From Sphaerodactylus townsendi (Eukaryota), in NCBI RefSeq assembly GCF_021028975.2, contig NC_059439.1:39316068-39372000 (forward strand): 55,933 bases of DNA. The letters are read 5' to 3'. Positions 12,381-21,787 of this stretch are shown piece after piece (within the stretch, counting starts at the first letter, position 1; each line of letters begins with the position of its first letter). Both the position numbers and the translations under genes were made by a program. Under the pieces are notes generated by a model. It was given only the letters and a program-made list of their open reading frames with translations, did no database searches and had not been told where the DNA came from.

Positions 12381-13646
12381 GGGGCGGCAGGTTGGGACTG
12401 GAGGGTGGATAAGGTGCCTTTGGGTGGGTGGGTGGCAGGCAGAGGTGCCGCTGGGGAACGGAGTGAATGAGGAGTGGGAGTCTGTTCAAGGGGAAAGGTT
12501 TGCGGGGGGCAGCTGGGAGATCCAGGCTGCCTCCTTCTTGTCAGGGATCTTCCCCACAGTTTGGGAAGGCTCTTTGTGGCTGCCACGTGTGGCAGAAGAC
12601 TTGGGCGTTCCACACTGATTGAGCTACGGTGTTGTTCCTCACGTTTTGGGATGGGCGCTGCTGCACAACTCTCTTTGCACCAGGATTTGTCCCATGGAGC
12701 TGTTGGGCGCTGGAACCCTCGGGCCCACTGACTTTTTTCCTCCAGGACCCGAGGGCAAAGGGGGGCGGGCGGTGGGGACCCCAGCAAGAGTCAGTGAGCC
12801 ATGCCCTCCTCCCCTTCACTGCAGCTCCAGCCTCTCAACTGTTAAGGATCAAATTGCAGGGGGGATTCCTTCAGGGGGGATTCTTGCTGCCTTGCTTCCA
12901 AGACCTCCACACCAAAGCTGTCTCAACCCACCTCCCCAAAAGTCCTTTTGTCATTTTGAATAGGGGGAGGGGTTTCACTGAAAGACAGTGGCTGAGACAG
13001 CACAGAACCTCCAGGAGGAGGCTTGGCTATGCTTCTCCGTGCATCCTACATGGGGCCGTGATCCCTCTAAGCTGAGCCGTCCTGAAAAATACCTTCCCTG
13101 ACCAGGAATTCTGTTGTTGCCAGACTCTGGCTGCCTCATTCCTTCCCCTGCCCGCCCCCCTTAGTTTTCTGCACATATTTTTAGGCTCTTTCCTTAGAGA
13201 AGTGTGTCTGTGTGTGAGAGAGGAGGGTGCCTTGACAGCATTCCCCAGGGAGCCTGGGCCTCTCTTGCCCCCTCACCTATTGACTCTACTAACCATAATT
13301 GCAAATAATTGGGGGGGGGAAGGGGGGGCTGTTCCCTAACTCAGCAGGGGACTGTTGCTCTTCCTGCAATAACCAAACACACCACTTCCTAACCTGCTTC
13401 ACTGCACGCCTCGGCCTTCCCAGGTGCTTCTACTAATCTCACGGGGTGACTTACATTTTAGCTAAGGTGCCTCTATTGCGTGGGTGACCACTAAGGGGTG
13501 GGGGGGGGGGGGACCAGCCACTAGCTATAACTGGAGCCGCTTTGGGGTTTAACCAGGGGCTTTGGGAATTAACATAAATGGTGGGGAGATATAAAAAGAG
13601 GGAGGGGGATAAAGGGGGGGGCTCAACTTTTGTAACGAACGTGTGC

Positions 13647-13652
13647 AATAAA
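13647..13652 (+). terminator. Probable SLC12A9 polyadenylation signal
   Basis: AATAAA ~1.27 kb after the stop codon and just before the next CpG island. Confidence 0.55.
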
Positions 13653-14059
13653 AAAGTCACTTGCGGGATGCAATGGGGGGTCATGTCTGGTTACTAAGAA
13701 AGCGGAGGGGGGGGCTCCTGGGTTCCCTCGGACTGTGCAGTTGTGGGGCTTGGGCAGGGCCTGGGCAGGGGGGCTTGGGCATGGGTGGGGGGCACGGCTG
13801 CGCCCTCCTGCCTTCCCTGCAGAGGGCGCTGTGCGTGGGCCTGGCAGGTCCAGGGGAGGGAACACGTGGCCACCGCCCTTTCGGTTGCCAGCCTCCAGGT
13901 GATGCCTGGAGTTCTCCTGGAACCACAACCGGATCCCCTCCGGGCTCGCTCCCCTCCACCCCTATTCCCACGAGGTAGAAACCCGAGCAGTGGCCTCCCT
14001 GCAGGGCTGTTGTTGCCAGCCCACCTGGGACCCCCGCAAGGCCAGACCAGTTTCCAGGA

Positions 14060-14600
14060 GGGGGAGGGAGACTACAGGCCTCCCCCGCTCCTAGCCCGGA
14101 CCAGCTCGGAAGTCCCGCCCCCCCGGCTTGACACTCCGGATGCGACGCGGCTGACAGGGGCTGTCAACACGAGCACTTCCTGTCCGCTTCCCTGCAGGGG
14201 CTGAAGAATCGCTTGGAAGGGGAGGCTGAGCGCCGCTCTGGCCCGTGCGTCTCTATGGCCAGGTGGGTGTCGGGGAGGCCCGTTCGGAATCTCGCCCGCG
14301 TCACGTGACGTCTGCCAGCTCCACGCCTCGAGTGGGCGGCCGCGTTGGGTTGGGGGGCGTGGCTTCTGGGGGGTCCTCCACAGGGTCCGATGATCCCCCC
14401 CCCCTCCTCCGAAGCAGCCATTTTCTCCAGGGGACCAGGCGTGGGAGATCTCCCGGCCCCACCAGGAGGTTGGCATCCCCCTTATTGCAGCTAAGTGCCC
14501 TCTTCGTTTGGGGGCGGGGCGGGGGCGGGGCCTGGTGGGGCTCGGAGCACGCGGGAGGGGCCCCCTCCGGGGTTCTTGGGGATGCCATTGGGCACAGCCA
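14060..14600. promoter_or_regulatory. UFSP1 CpG-island promoter
   Basis: CpG-rich; ETS-type CGGAAGT (~14107) and CACTTCCT/GCTTCC motifs; GC boxes; palindromic GTCACGTGAC at 14300-14309. Confidence 0.7.
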
Positions 14601-15470
14601 CAAAGTGGCAGCCACTGGGGGCGGGGCCACACACCTGCTGGGGAGAGGGGGGATCTAAACAGAATAGAGCAGCTGCCACTCAAACAGTGGCTGATCAGGG
14701 CTTCAGTGGGCAAGCAGAAGCCCTGCTGGCTGGGTGCGGGTGCGGGTGCCGGTGCGGGTGGGCCCATTTCCTGTGCAAATCCCTTCTCTCAAGTTTGCTC
14801 TTTGTGTCTCTCTAGGATGCTGCTGCTCTCTGATGTGCACTTGGGCCTGCCCTCCCCGGTCCCTCCTGACCAGCTGGCCCTCGTCTCCGGCTCATACCAC
14901 TATTACCACTACGGCTGCGATGGCGTGGACGATCGTGGTTGGGGCTGCGGCTACCGGACGTTGCAGACGATATTCTCCTGGCTAGCGGAGGCTGGAGCAG
15001 AAGGACCCGTCCCTTCCCTCAGGGAGATCCAGCATGCGCTGGTGGAGATGGGAGACAAGCCCCCTTGGTTTGCCGGATCCCGGGAGTGGATCGGCACTGT
15101 CGAAGCTGCCCTCTGCATGGACCACTTCTATTCTGTGCCGGGCAAGCTTATCCACGTTCGCCAAGGCAGAGACTTAGAAAAGGAACTGGAGACCTTGCGT
15201 GCTCATTTCCAGGGAGGCGGGGGCCCTGTGATGGTGGGAGGGGAGAGAGACCACTCTGCCAAGGCACTGTTAGGCGTTTGTTCTGGTCCCAAAGGACCCC
15301 GTCTGCTGGTTCTTGATCCTCACTATTATGGGACGACCCTGACCCCGGTTGACCTGCAAGAGAAGGAGTGGATATCTTGGAAAGAGCTCCGTTTCTTTGA
15401 AGACAGCTCCTTCTACAATCTCTGCTTGCCCCAAGCCAGGACAAGAGGGCACCTTTGCAAAAGCATATGA
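14255..15470 (+). CDS. UFSP1: UFM1-specific peptidase 1 (C78 cysteine protease), ~217-220 aa
   Basis: Main exon 14816-15470 follows a pyrimidine tract and TAG acceptor; in-frame ATG at 14817. An upstream micro coding exon 14255-14262 (ATGGCCAG|gtgggt) splices in frame to give MARMLLLSDVH. Contains YHYYHYGCDGVDDRGWGCGYRTLQT (catalytic Cys), MGDKPP and the LDPHY Asp/His box. Confidence 0.93.
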
Positions 15471-15769
15471 TGCCTTGGAAGGGAGCTCCTGGGATCCTCC
15501 TAAGGGGGTGCCCCCCACTTGATTTCCGGGACTTGTTGGCACAATTGTGAATGGGTAAGGATGTTCCTGTTACAGAAGCTGGTAATTACGTAGGTTTTTT
15601 TCTCCGTGGAATTCTGAGCCAGCACCGGTTCCGGTCTCTCCACAGGATGTGAGAAACTGAGCCTGTGAACCAAGAAACACTGAATCCCAGGCCAAGCTTC
15701 ACTAGGAAGTAGGAGAGGCCCTGGCCCAGCCACACCTGGGCAGTGGGTGAACATTTGGAAACTATTTGG

Positions 15770-15976
15770 AAACTGGTTCTGGTGGGTTTCCCGGGGGGCT
15801 GCGTGGCTGTGGTCTGGTGGATCTTGTTCCTAACGTTTTTGCCTGCATTTGTGGCTGGCATCTTCAGAGGTGTCTCACAGAGAAAAGTCTGTTTCACAGC
15901 CACAGATGCAGGCATAACGTTAGGGACAAGACCTACCAGACCACGGCCACACAACCCGGAAAACCCACCACAACTG
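15770..15976. mobile_element. Penelope-like element pseudo-LTR fragment as an inverted pair
   Basis: Inverted arms (GGTGGGTTTCCCGGG..GTGGTCTGGTGGATCTTGTTCCTAACGTT vs AACGTTAGGGACAAGACCTACCAGACCACGG..CCCGGAAAACCCACC), typical of reptile Penelope termini. Confidence 0.7.
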
Positions 15977-16172
15977 TTTGAAAGCTGATACAAATCCAAA
16001 CCCCAGCCCACTGATCAATAGCCAGGTGTGTGGAATCTATGTGATTGCCAACCAATTCATCATGAATGGTTACTATCAAATTGTTAGGCTGGATGTGATT
16101 AAGTCGCCATCTGTAATCTGATCTATATTTTTTACTTCTTAATGTATTTTATTAGTATTTATTTTGTTATGG

Positions 16173-16178
16173 AATAAA
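16173..16178 (+). terminator. Probable UFSP1 polyadenylation signal
   Basis: AATAAA in an AU-rich tract ~700 nt after the stop codon. Confidence 0.5.
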
Positions 16179-16409
16179 CAAATATGAATATGAGACTTTT
16201 GTTCCTTATTAAAAAGCTGCATACCTCTACAAGTTGTCAAATTAAATGTTTTCACTAGGAAAGCTAACTCAAAAAGTTCTTAGGAATAAAGGAGTCAAGC
16301 CGGTTTGTATTTTGGCCTCTTCCTTGGTTTAATCTGTTACTATATGATTTTGCGTCTTTTTAACTAGGGTTGATGGTCCTAGCCCTCATTTAGGATCTGT
16401 ACACGTTCC

Positions 16410-16411
<2 letters not shown>

Positions 16412-16493
<82 letters not shown>
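16412..16493. repeat. (ATT)n microsatellite, ~27 units
   Basis: Direct reading of the sequence. Confidence 0.97.
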
Positions 16494-16494
<1 letters not shown>

Positions 16495-17358
16495 TCAGGC
16501 TGATAATGCAGTTTTGTTCTCTTCTTCGCAAGTGGGTTTGAAATGCTTACTGAATTGTTCCTTTGAGTGCTACACGATAAATAGATTGGAGCTGAACTAT
16601 GAAAAACCAACAGTCCTTGTCTTTTCAAAAAACTGGAAACCACATAATCGGGGAATAAACAGCAACAGAATAGAGCGGGTCAAGCATTTTTTGGTACCTA
16701 GACTGATAACCACCCACTGGAGGCCCCCCATCGCCAGGAAGCGTGGATGCTCTTCAACATACACCCAGTGAGTGGGGACAGAGAATGATTAACCTGGCTA
16801 AATAAAACAATTGCCTTCTTCGGGAGGCATCTGCAGAGTTGCCGTTCCTTTATCTATCTTGTACTGCCAGTTTGTCAAGTGGAATGACCCCCATGTGCAG
16901 GTTTGCTAGTTTGCCTTGGAGGGAACACAAACAAAAAGTCCAGGTTTATCCTTGTGGTCTCCATTCAAAAAAACAGTTTTTTCTTGTGGTCTCCATTAAA
17001 AAAAACCCAGTTCCTTGTTCCTTGTTTGAAGTGTACCCAGCTGCAGGTGACTCACGCAGAGATGCCCCAAAGCTGTCTGTTATGTGAGAACAACACACAA
17101 CCCAAGGGTCTGGGAGGAGCAGATGCCAGAGAGCCTTCTAGAAGTTTGCTTTCTAGAGGAAGGGAAGGCAGGCAGCCTGGGAGGCCCTGAGCTTTGCTGG
17201 AGCAGCTTTTGCCGAGGGTTCCTGGGGGAGCAGGTGAGTGGGGGCCAGATAAAGGACTCCTGAGCCCTTTGCGGAGAGGCTTTGGGCTGTAGCCTCAGAG
17301 GGAGGGAGGGGGGAAAGGACACACCCCCACCCTTAACTGCCTTTTTTTGCTTGCCAGA

Positions 17359-19347
17359 ATGCCACCGAGACAGCAGCAGTGGTGGTGCCTTTGCGTCCTG
17401 GCAGGGATCCTGTTCTCCATCTTCCTGTACTCCAGCCACCTCAGCCTGCAGAACCGGCAGGTGCCTCCCCCCCTTTGGACAACCCTCCCCCCATCAAATC
17501 GCCGGTCTGCCACCTTGAGCGATGGCACCATCACCTTCTACCTCAAACTGAGCTCCTACGAAGCCCAGTTCCCCAACCTGCAGCGCCACCCCTGCCGCCC
17601 GGTGATTGCCGAGGCCGGCTTGTGCCAGCGGGCGGGGGCCTCCCCCTTGCTCCTCTTGGTGGTGAAGTCCCACCCGGCCTCCAGCAGCAGAAGGGCTGCC
17701 TTGCGACACACCTGGGCCCGGCCGCGGGAGATGGGGGGGTACTGGCTGCAGCCCCTTTTCCTGGTGGCCACGACCCCCAACGTCAGACAGCTCCATCTGG
17801 TGCAGCGGGAGAGCAGCAGTTTCCGGGATGTGGTGCTGTGGGACTTTGTCGAATCTCACCACAACTTGTCACTCAAAGAACGCTGTTTCCTGCAATGGCT
17901 TTGCCAGCACTGCCGGCAGGCTGCTTTCATCTTCAAAGGTAAACATGCCTGGGGGGGGGGGGGCAGGGGGGGCCCAAAAAGAGCTGTGGATGTGATGGAA
18001 GCCGGCACGTTTTTGCACCCTCACCACTCCACATGCCTCAGTTGAATGTTTTGTTTCCAGCAGGCCAAGACGCAGGGGCTTCTGCCCTCACAACAGCCCT
18101 GTGAAGTGGAACAGGCTTTCTCTTTACAGGAGCCCAGGGAGGATGGGAGCAGAGTGCCCAGGCCAGCGTGGGGGTGGGTGGCTTGAAGCAGCGTTGCTCA
18201 AAGGGAGACAGGGGAGGGGGACTGGTTCCAGCCCCCCCCCCGCAGTCTTGCTTGAAATCGTTGACCGTCAGAAGCGCCTGTTCTCCTATCCCATTATTTT
18301 CATCCCTTCCTGAAGTGTCTGAGTGGCCTGCAGTGTCCTCTCCTTCTCCACTTTCTCTTCGTGGCACTCCTCTGAGGTGGAGTGAACGGCCTCTGGGACC
18401 TCGGAAAGTGTCAGGGCCAAGAGGGAATTGCAGGCTGGTGCTGCTGGACCCTTGGTCTGGCCACACCTGGCGGCTTCTCCGGCGCACGCAAAGCCTCGCC
18501 CGCTGCTCCCCAGTTAGCCAGAGAAGTGCTGGGTTGCTCGCGTGAGGGCAGGCAGGGAGGAAGCCGTTTGTCAAACTTTGGCCACCAGGGCTAGTGGTGT
18601 CTGCTCAGATGGGCAGCTGAGGTCATCCCCGCGACGTCTGAACTGGACGTGCCGGGGACTGAACCAGAGAACCTTCTGCTTTCACCTCCTGCAGGTGAGC
18701 TCCCAAAGGCACCTGGTGGGCCACTGCGAGTAGCAGAGAGCTGGACTAGAAGGACTCTGGTCTGATCCAGCTGGCTTGTTCTTATGTTCTTATGCTTGCC
18801 GAGTGGAGGCTGTGCTGCCAAGCCACCGCCACCCCCCTCCACCCCCCTCTCTCAACCCCAGGGTGCTTCTCAACCAAGGCTGTTGTCCTTTCCAGGGGAT
18901 GACGACGTCTTTGTGAACCCGAAGGCCCTGGTGGGATACCTCCAGCGGAGGCCCAACGCCTCCCACTTTCTCCACGGCAACATCCAGAACCATTCGAAAG
19001 TGATGAGGTACGGGAAGTACAGCGTCTCTCGCGCCCTCTACCCTCTGGACCGCTACCCCTGCTTTGCTTCCGGTGGAGGGTTCATCTTGCCCGGCCCCTT
19101 GGTTCCTGCCCTCTACCAGGCATCGCTGTGGCTGCCTGTCTTCCCGCTCGATGACGTGTACTTGGGGTTCCTGGTCCTGGCAGCTGGCCTGTCCTTCACC
19201 CACGACGAGCGCTTCCGGGTGTGGGGAGCGCCCAAGGACACCCGCGAGGTCTACCAGGAGTCTTTTATGGTCCACGGGCTCACTCCGGAGAGGATGGAGG
19301 AAGTGTGGACGGAACTCTGGAGCCCCCACCCAGGGAAGGAGGCCTGA
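17359..19347 (+). CDS. Beta-1,3-N-acetylglucosaminyltransferase-like protein (GT31 / Galactosyl_T family), ~343 aa, 2 coding exons
   Basis: Exons 17359-17938 and 18896-19347 (AAAG|gtaaac ... ccag|GGGATGAC), 1032 nt. N-terminal type II TM (LCVLAGILFSIFLY). GT31 motifs LLLVVKS, RRAALRHTW, DVVLWDFVES..NLSLKE, KGDDDVFVN (DxD), YPCFASGGG, FPLDDVYLG. Probable 5'UTR intron 17234-17357. Confidence 0.9.
18670..18793 (+). mobile_element. CR1 3' tail fragment in the B3GNT-like intron
   Basis: Matches the CR1 tail at ~8790-8912. Confidence 0.8.
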
Positions 19348-19917
19348 GCAAAACATAAACACCCTGGAAAAGAGGACCCCCCTTCCCTCTGCTGACTGTT
19401 TAGCTGGGCAGCTCTTGCCTTATTTCCCTCTACGAAGAAACTCCAGCATCTCTGTGGATCGCCTTCCCCTGCTTTTGGTCACATTTCTCTAGTTCCACAC
19501 CAACCCTGACTGGCGGCATTTCTTCTCAGAAAGATCTGTGCACCCCTTGCTCTCCACGCCCAGAGGGGGGGAAAACCAGGGGACTCAGCATTTAATGCCA
19601 AAGTGTGCCAACAGCTCCTCTATGGGCTACCCCTCTGGACACAACCCTGGAACAGCAATGCACAGCGCATTCAATCCTGTTTTCTGTGCAACATCTCCAA
19701 CTTCCCCCACTTGGTGCCCTCCTATGTCTCGAAGCTGGACATTTCCTGGAAACCAGGGCTTGGTGTGTTATGTTCCAATTTTGGATTCACCTGAGCTTTA
19801 ATTGCAGCAACACTAGCCCCTCCACCAAGGCAGTATCTTTTCTATACACCACAGACAGGTGAGCCCACGTTGAAGGTAAATTATGGGATTTGGGCCTCCT
19901 GGTCATGCCTCCTTCTA

Positions 19918-20170
19918 CCGTGTTTCTCCGAAAATAAGACAGTGTCTTTTATTAATTTTTGCTCCCAAAGATGCGCTATGTCTTATTTTCAGGGGATGTC
20001 TTATTTTTCCGCTCCACAGCTGCATGCTCTGGTGTTCTGTTCGACAGCCATGCTTCCAAACAAAAACTTTGCTACGTCTTACTTTCGGGGGATGCTTTAT
20101 ATTTAGCACTTCAGCAAAACCTCTACTACGTCTTATTCTCAGGGGATGTCTTATTTTCGGAGAAATAGGG
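19918..20170. mobile_element. Tc1/mariner-superfamily (Tc2/pogo-like) MITE
   Basis: TIR CCGTGTTTCTCCGAAAATAAGAC / GTCTTATTTTCGGAGAAATAGGG flanked by TA on both sides; internal GTCTTATTTTCAGGGGATG repeats. Confidence 0.8.
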
Positions 20171-20340
20171 TAATGAACTGCTCTGCATTATTAAAAGTCA
20201 GCTGTTTGAGCAAGAGCACCAGACGTTCGTCTCTGTGGAGAGTACATTTTGTCTTCCGTGTGCCACTTAGGAATTCCAGTAAGAACTTCTGGCACTGCCA
20301 AATATTTACATTTGAGCCCTCCGGGGGAGGGTGGTATACA

Positions 20341-20640
20341 AGAAGAAGAAGAGTTTGGATTTATAGCCCCCCTTTCTCTCCTGTAGGAGACTCAAAGGGG
20401 CTGACAATCTCCTTGCCCTTCCCCCCTCACAACAAACACCCTGTGAGGTGGGTGGGGCTGAGAGAGCTCTGAGAAACTGTGACTAGCCCAAGGTCACCCA
20501 GCTGGCGTGTGTGGGAGTGCACAGGCTAATCTGAATTCCCCAGAGAAGCCTCCACAGCTCAGGCGGCAGAGCGGAGAATCAAACCTGGTTCCTTCAGATT
20601 GGATACACGAGCTCTTAACCTCCTACGCCACTGCTGCTCC
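20341..20640 (-). mobile_element. Full-length Squam3-like SINE
   Basis: Reverse complement of the family consensus. Confidence 0.9.
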
Positions 20641-20719
20641 TAATACAAGTTTAATTAATAATAATAACAACAACAACAACAACAATAATACAACATCTAA
20701 TTCCTGAGTCTAAACTACG

Positions 20720-21155
20720 CCATGCTCTTTCACTTGCAAGATGCAACATCCTTCCTTCCTCTTTTGAGACAGGAAGGGGAACAGAAACTCCCTCCCTATG
20801 AAAGACTGTGCATCTGCAAAATGAAAAGTCAAGAAACAGTTGAGCATGAGCTACCGCATTGCCCCCTGTCCAGTACTGCTAGGTCTACATTGCTAGAACC
20901 TTTATTAGTGGGTAGCAGTGAACTTACTGAGTAAGAAAAGACTGTATTCCTTTTAAACAATGAAGTTACAGAAGCTGTTGAACAGGCAGCTAACATTCTT
21001 TGCTTTGTAATTCTTAAACGTTCTTAACTTTATAAGTTATTATGGTTACTTTAATGTAGACAGTTTTATATCTGCTGTGCCTAAGTTTTTAAGAATAACC
21101 CTGTTTAACGAATTTATATGCCAATAAAGGTTCCATATTGATTGATTGTGCTGCA
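20720..21155 (+). mobile_element. Decayed non-LTR retrotransposon 3' end (RTE-X/L1-like)
   Basis: Remnant peptide YERLCIC...ETVEH..HCPL (C-terminal Cys/His motif), then an AT-rich tail with AATAAA and (ATTG)n. Confidence 0.55.
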
Positions 21156-21656
21156 TTCATGTTCCAGCAGCCCTGGTGTGTGTGAAAATCCACCAGGGTC
21201 ACACCGGCCTCCAGAATCTGGTTACAGGCTAGTTTCTCAGGGTTGGAAAGCAAAAAATGCGTCACACACTTAAAATCTAAAATCTGTTGAAAAGAAATCA
21301 TTTTACATATTATATTGGCTAAGTGCAACCTCCGTTTGAGTGTGTGACGCGTTTTTTGCTTTCCATTCCTTACGTTACACACAATTGTTGTTGTTTGTTA
21401 GTTTCTCAGGGTTACCTTCAGGCTCTTTTCCACATGTGCCAGAAATAAAATCTACCCTACAAAATGCCATTCCCACACAGCCGAAGTGGTCAGACGTGCC
21501 AGGCAGCAAAGGGCAGACGCCCACCACACGCTGAAGAGCAAAGTGAAAGGGGAGGGCGGAAAGGGACTGCACAGAATCAGTCTGCAAATTCACACGGGGC
21601 GTGGATGTTGCATGTTTACATACAGCCACGTCCTCAAACTGGTCTCCAAATGGAAG

Positions 21657-21662
21657 TTTATT
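21657..21662 (-). terminator. SRRT polyadenylation signal
   Basis: TTTATT on + (AATAAA on -) ~125 nt after the SRRT stop codon. Confidence 0.7.
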
Positions 21663-21787
21663 GAAATCTATTTGAAGCTGAGAAAATGAAATGTAAAAAA
21701 AGAAAGGACACAGAGGGGAGGAGAAGTAAACACAGAGTCACAAGAGCCTGGGGGGGGGGGAGTGGTTGTGGGGAGGGGGATTCTCAT

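Noticed and set aside
14508-14816. 103-aa N-terminal extension of the UFSP1 ORF in the track
   Set aside because: Low complexity, non-ATG start, and lies in an intron ending in a clear pyrimidine tract plus TAG.
16386-16643. Poly-Ile ORF
   Set aside because: Translation of the (ATT)n microsatellite.
17331-17357. Second U12 intron suggested by CCTTAAC before the B3GNT-like acceptor
   Set aside because: No RTATCCTT donor seen upstream; a canonical GTGAGT donor at 17234 explains it as a U2 intron.
19960-20160. Spaced direct repeats resembling a CRISPR array
   Set aside because: They are internal repeats of a TA-flanked TIR MITE in vertebrate DNA; no cas genes.
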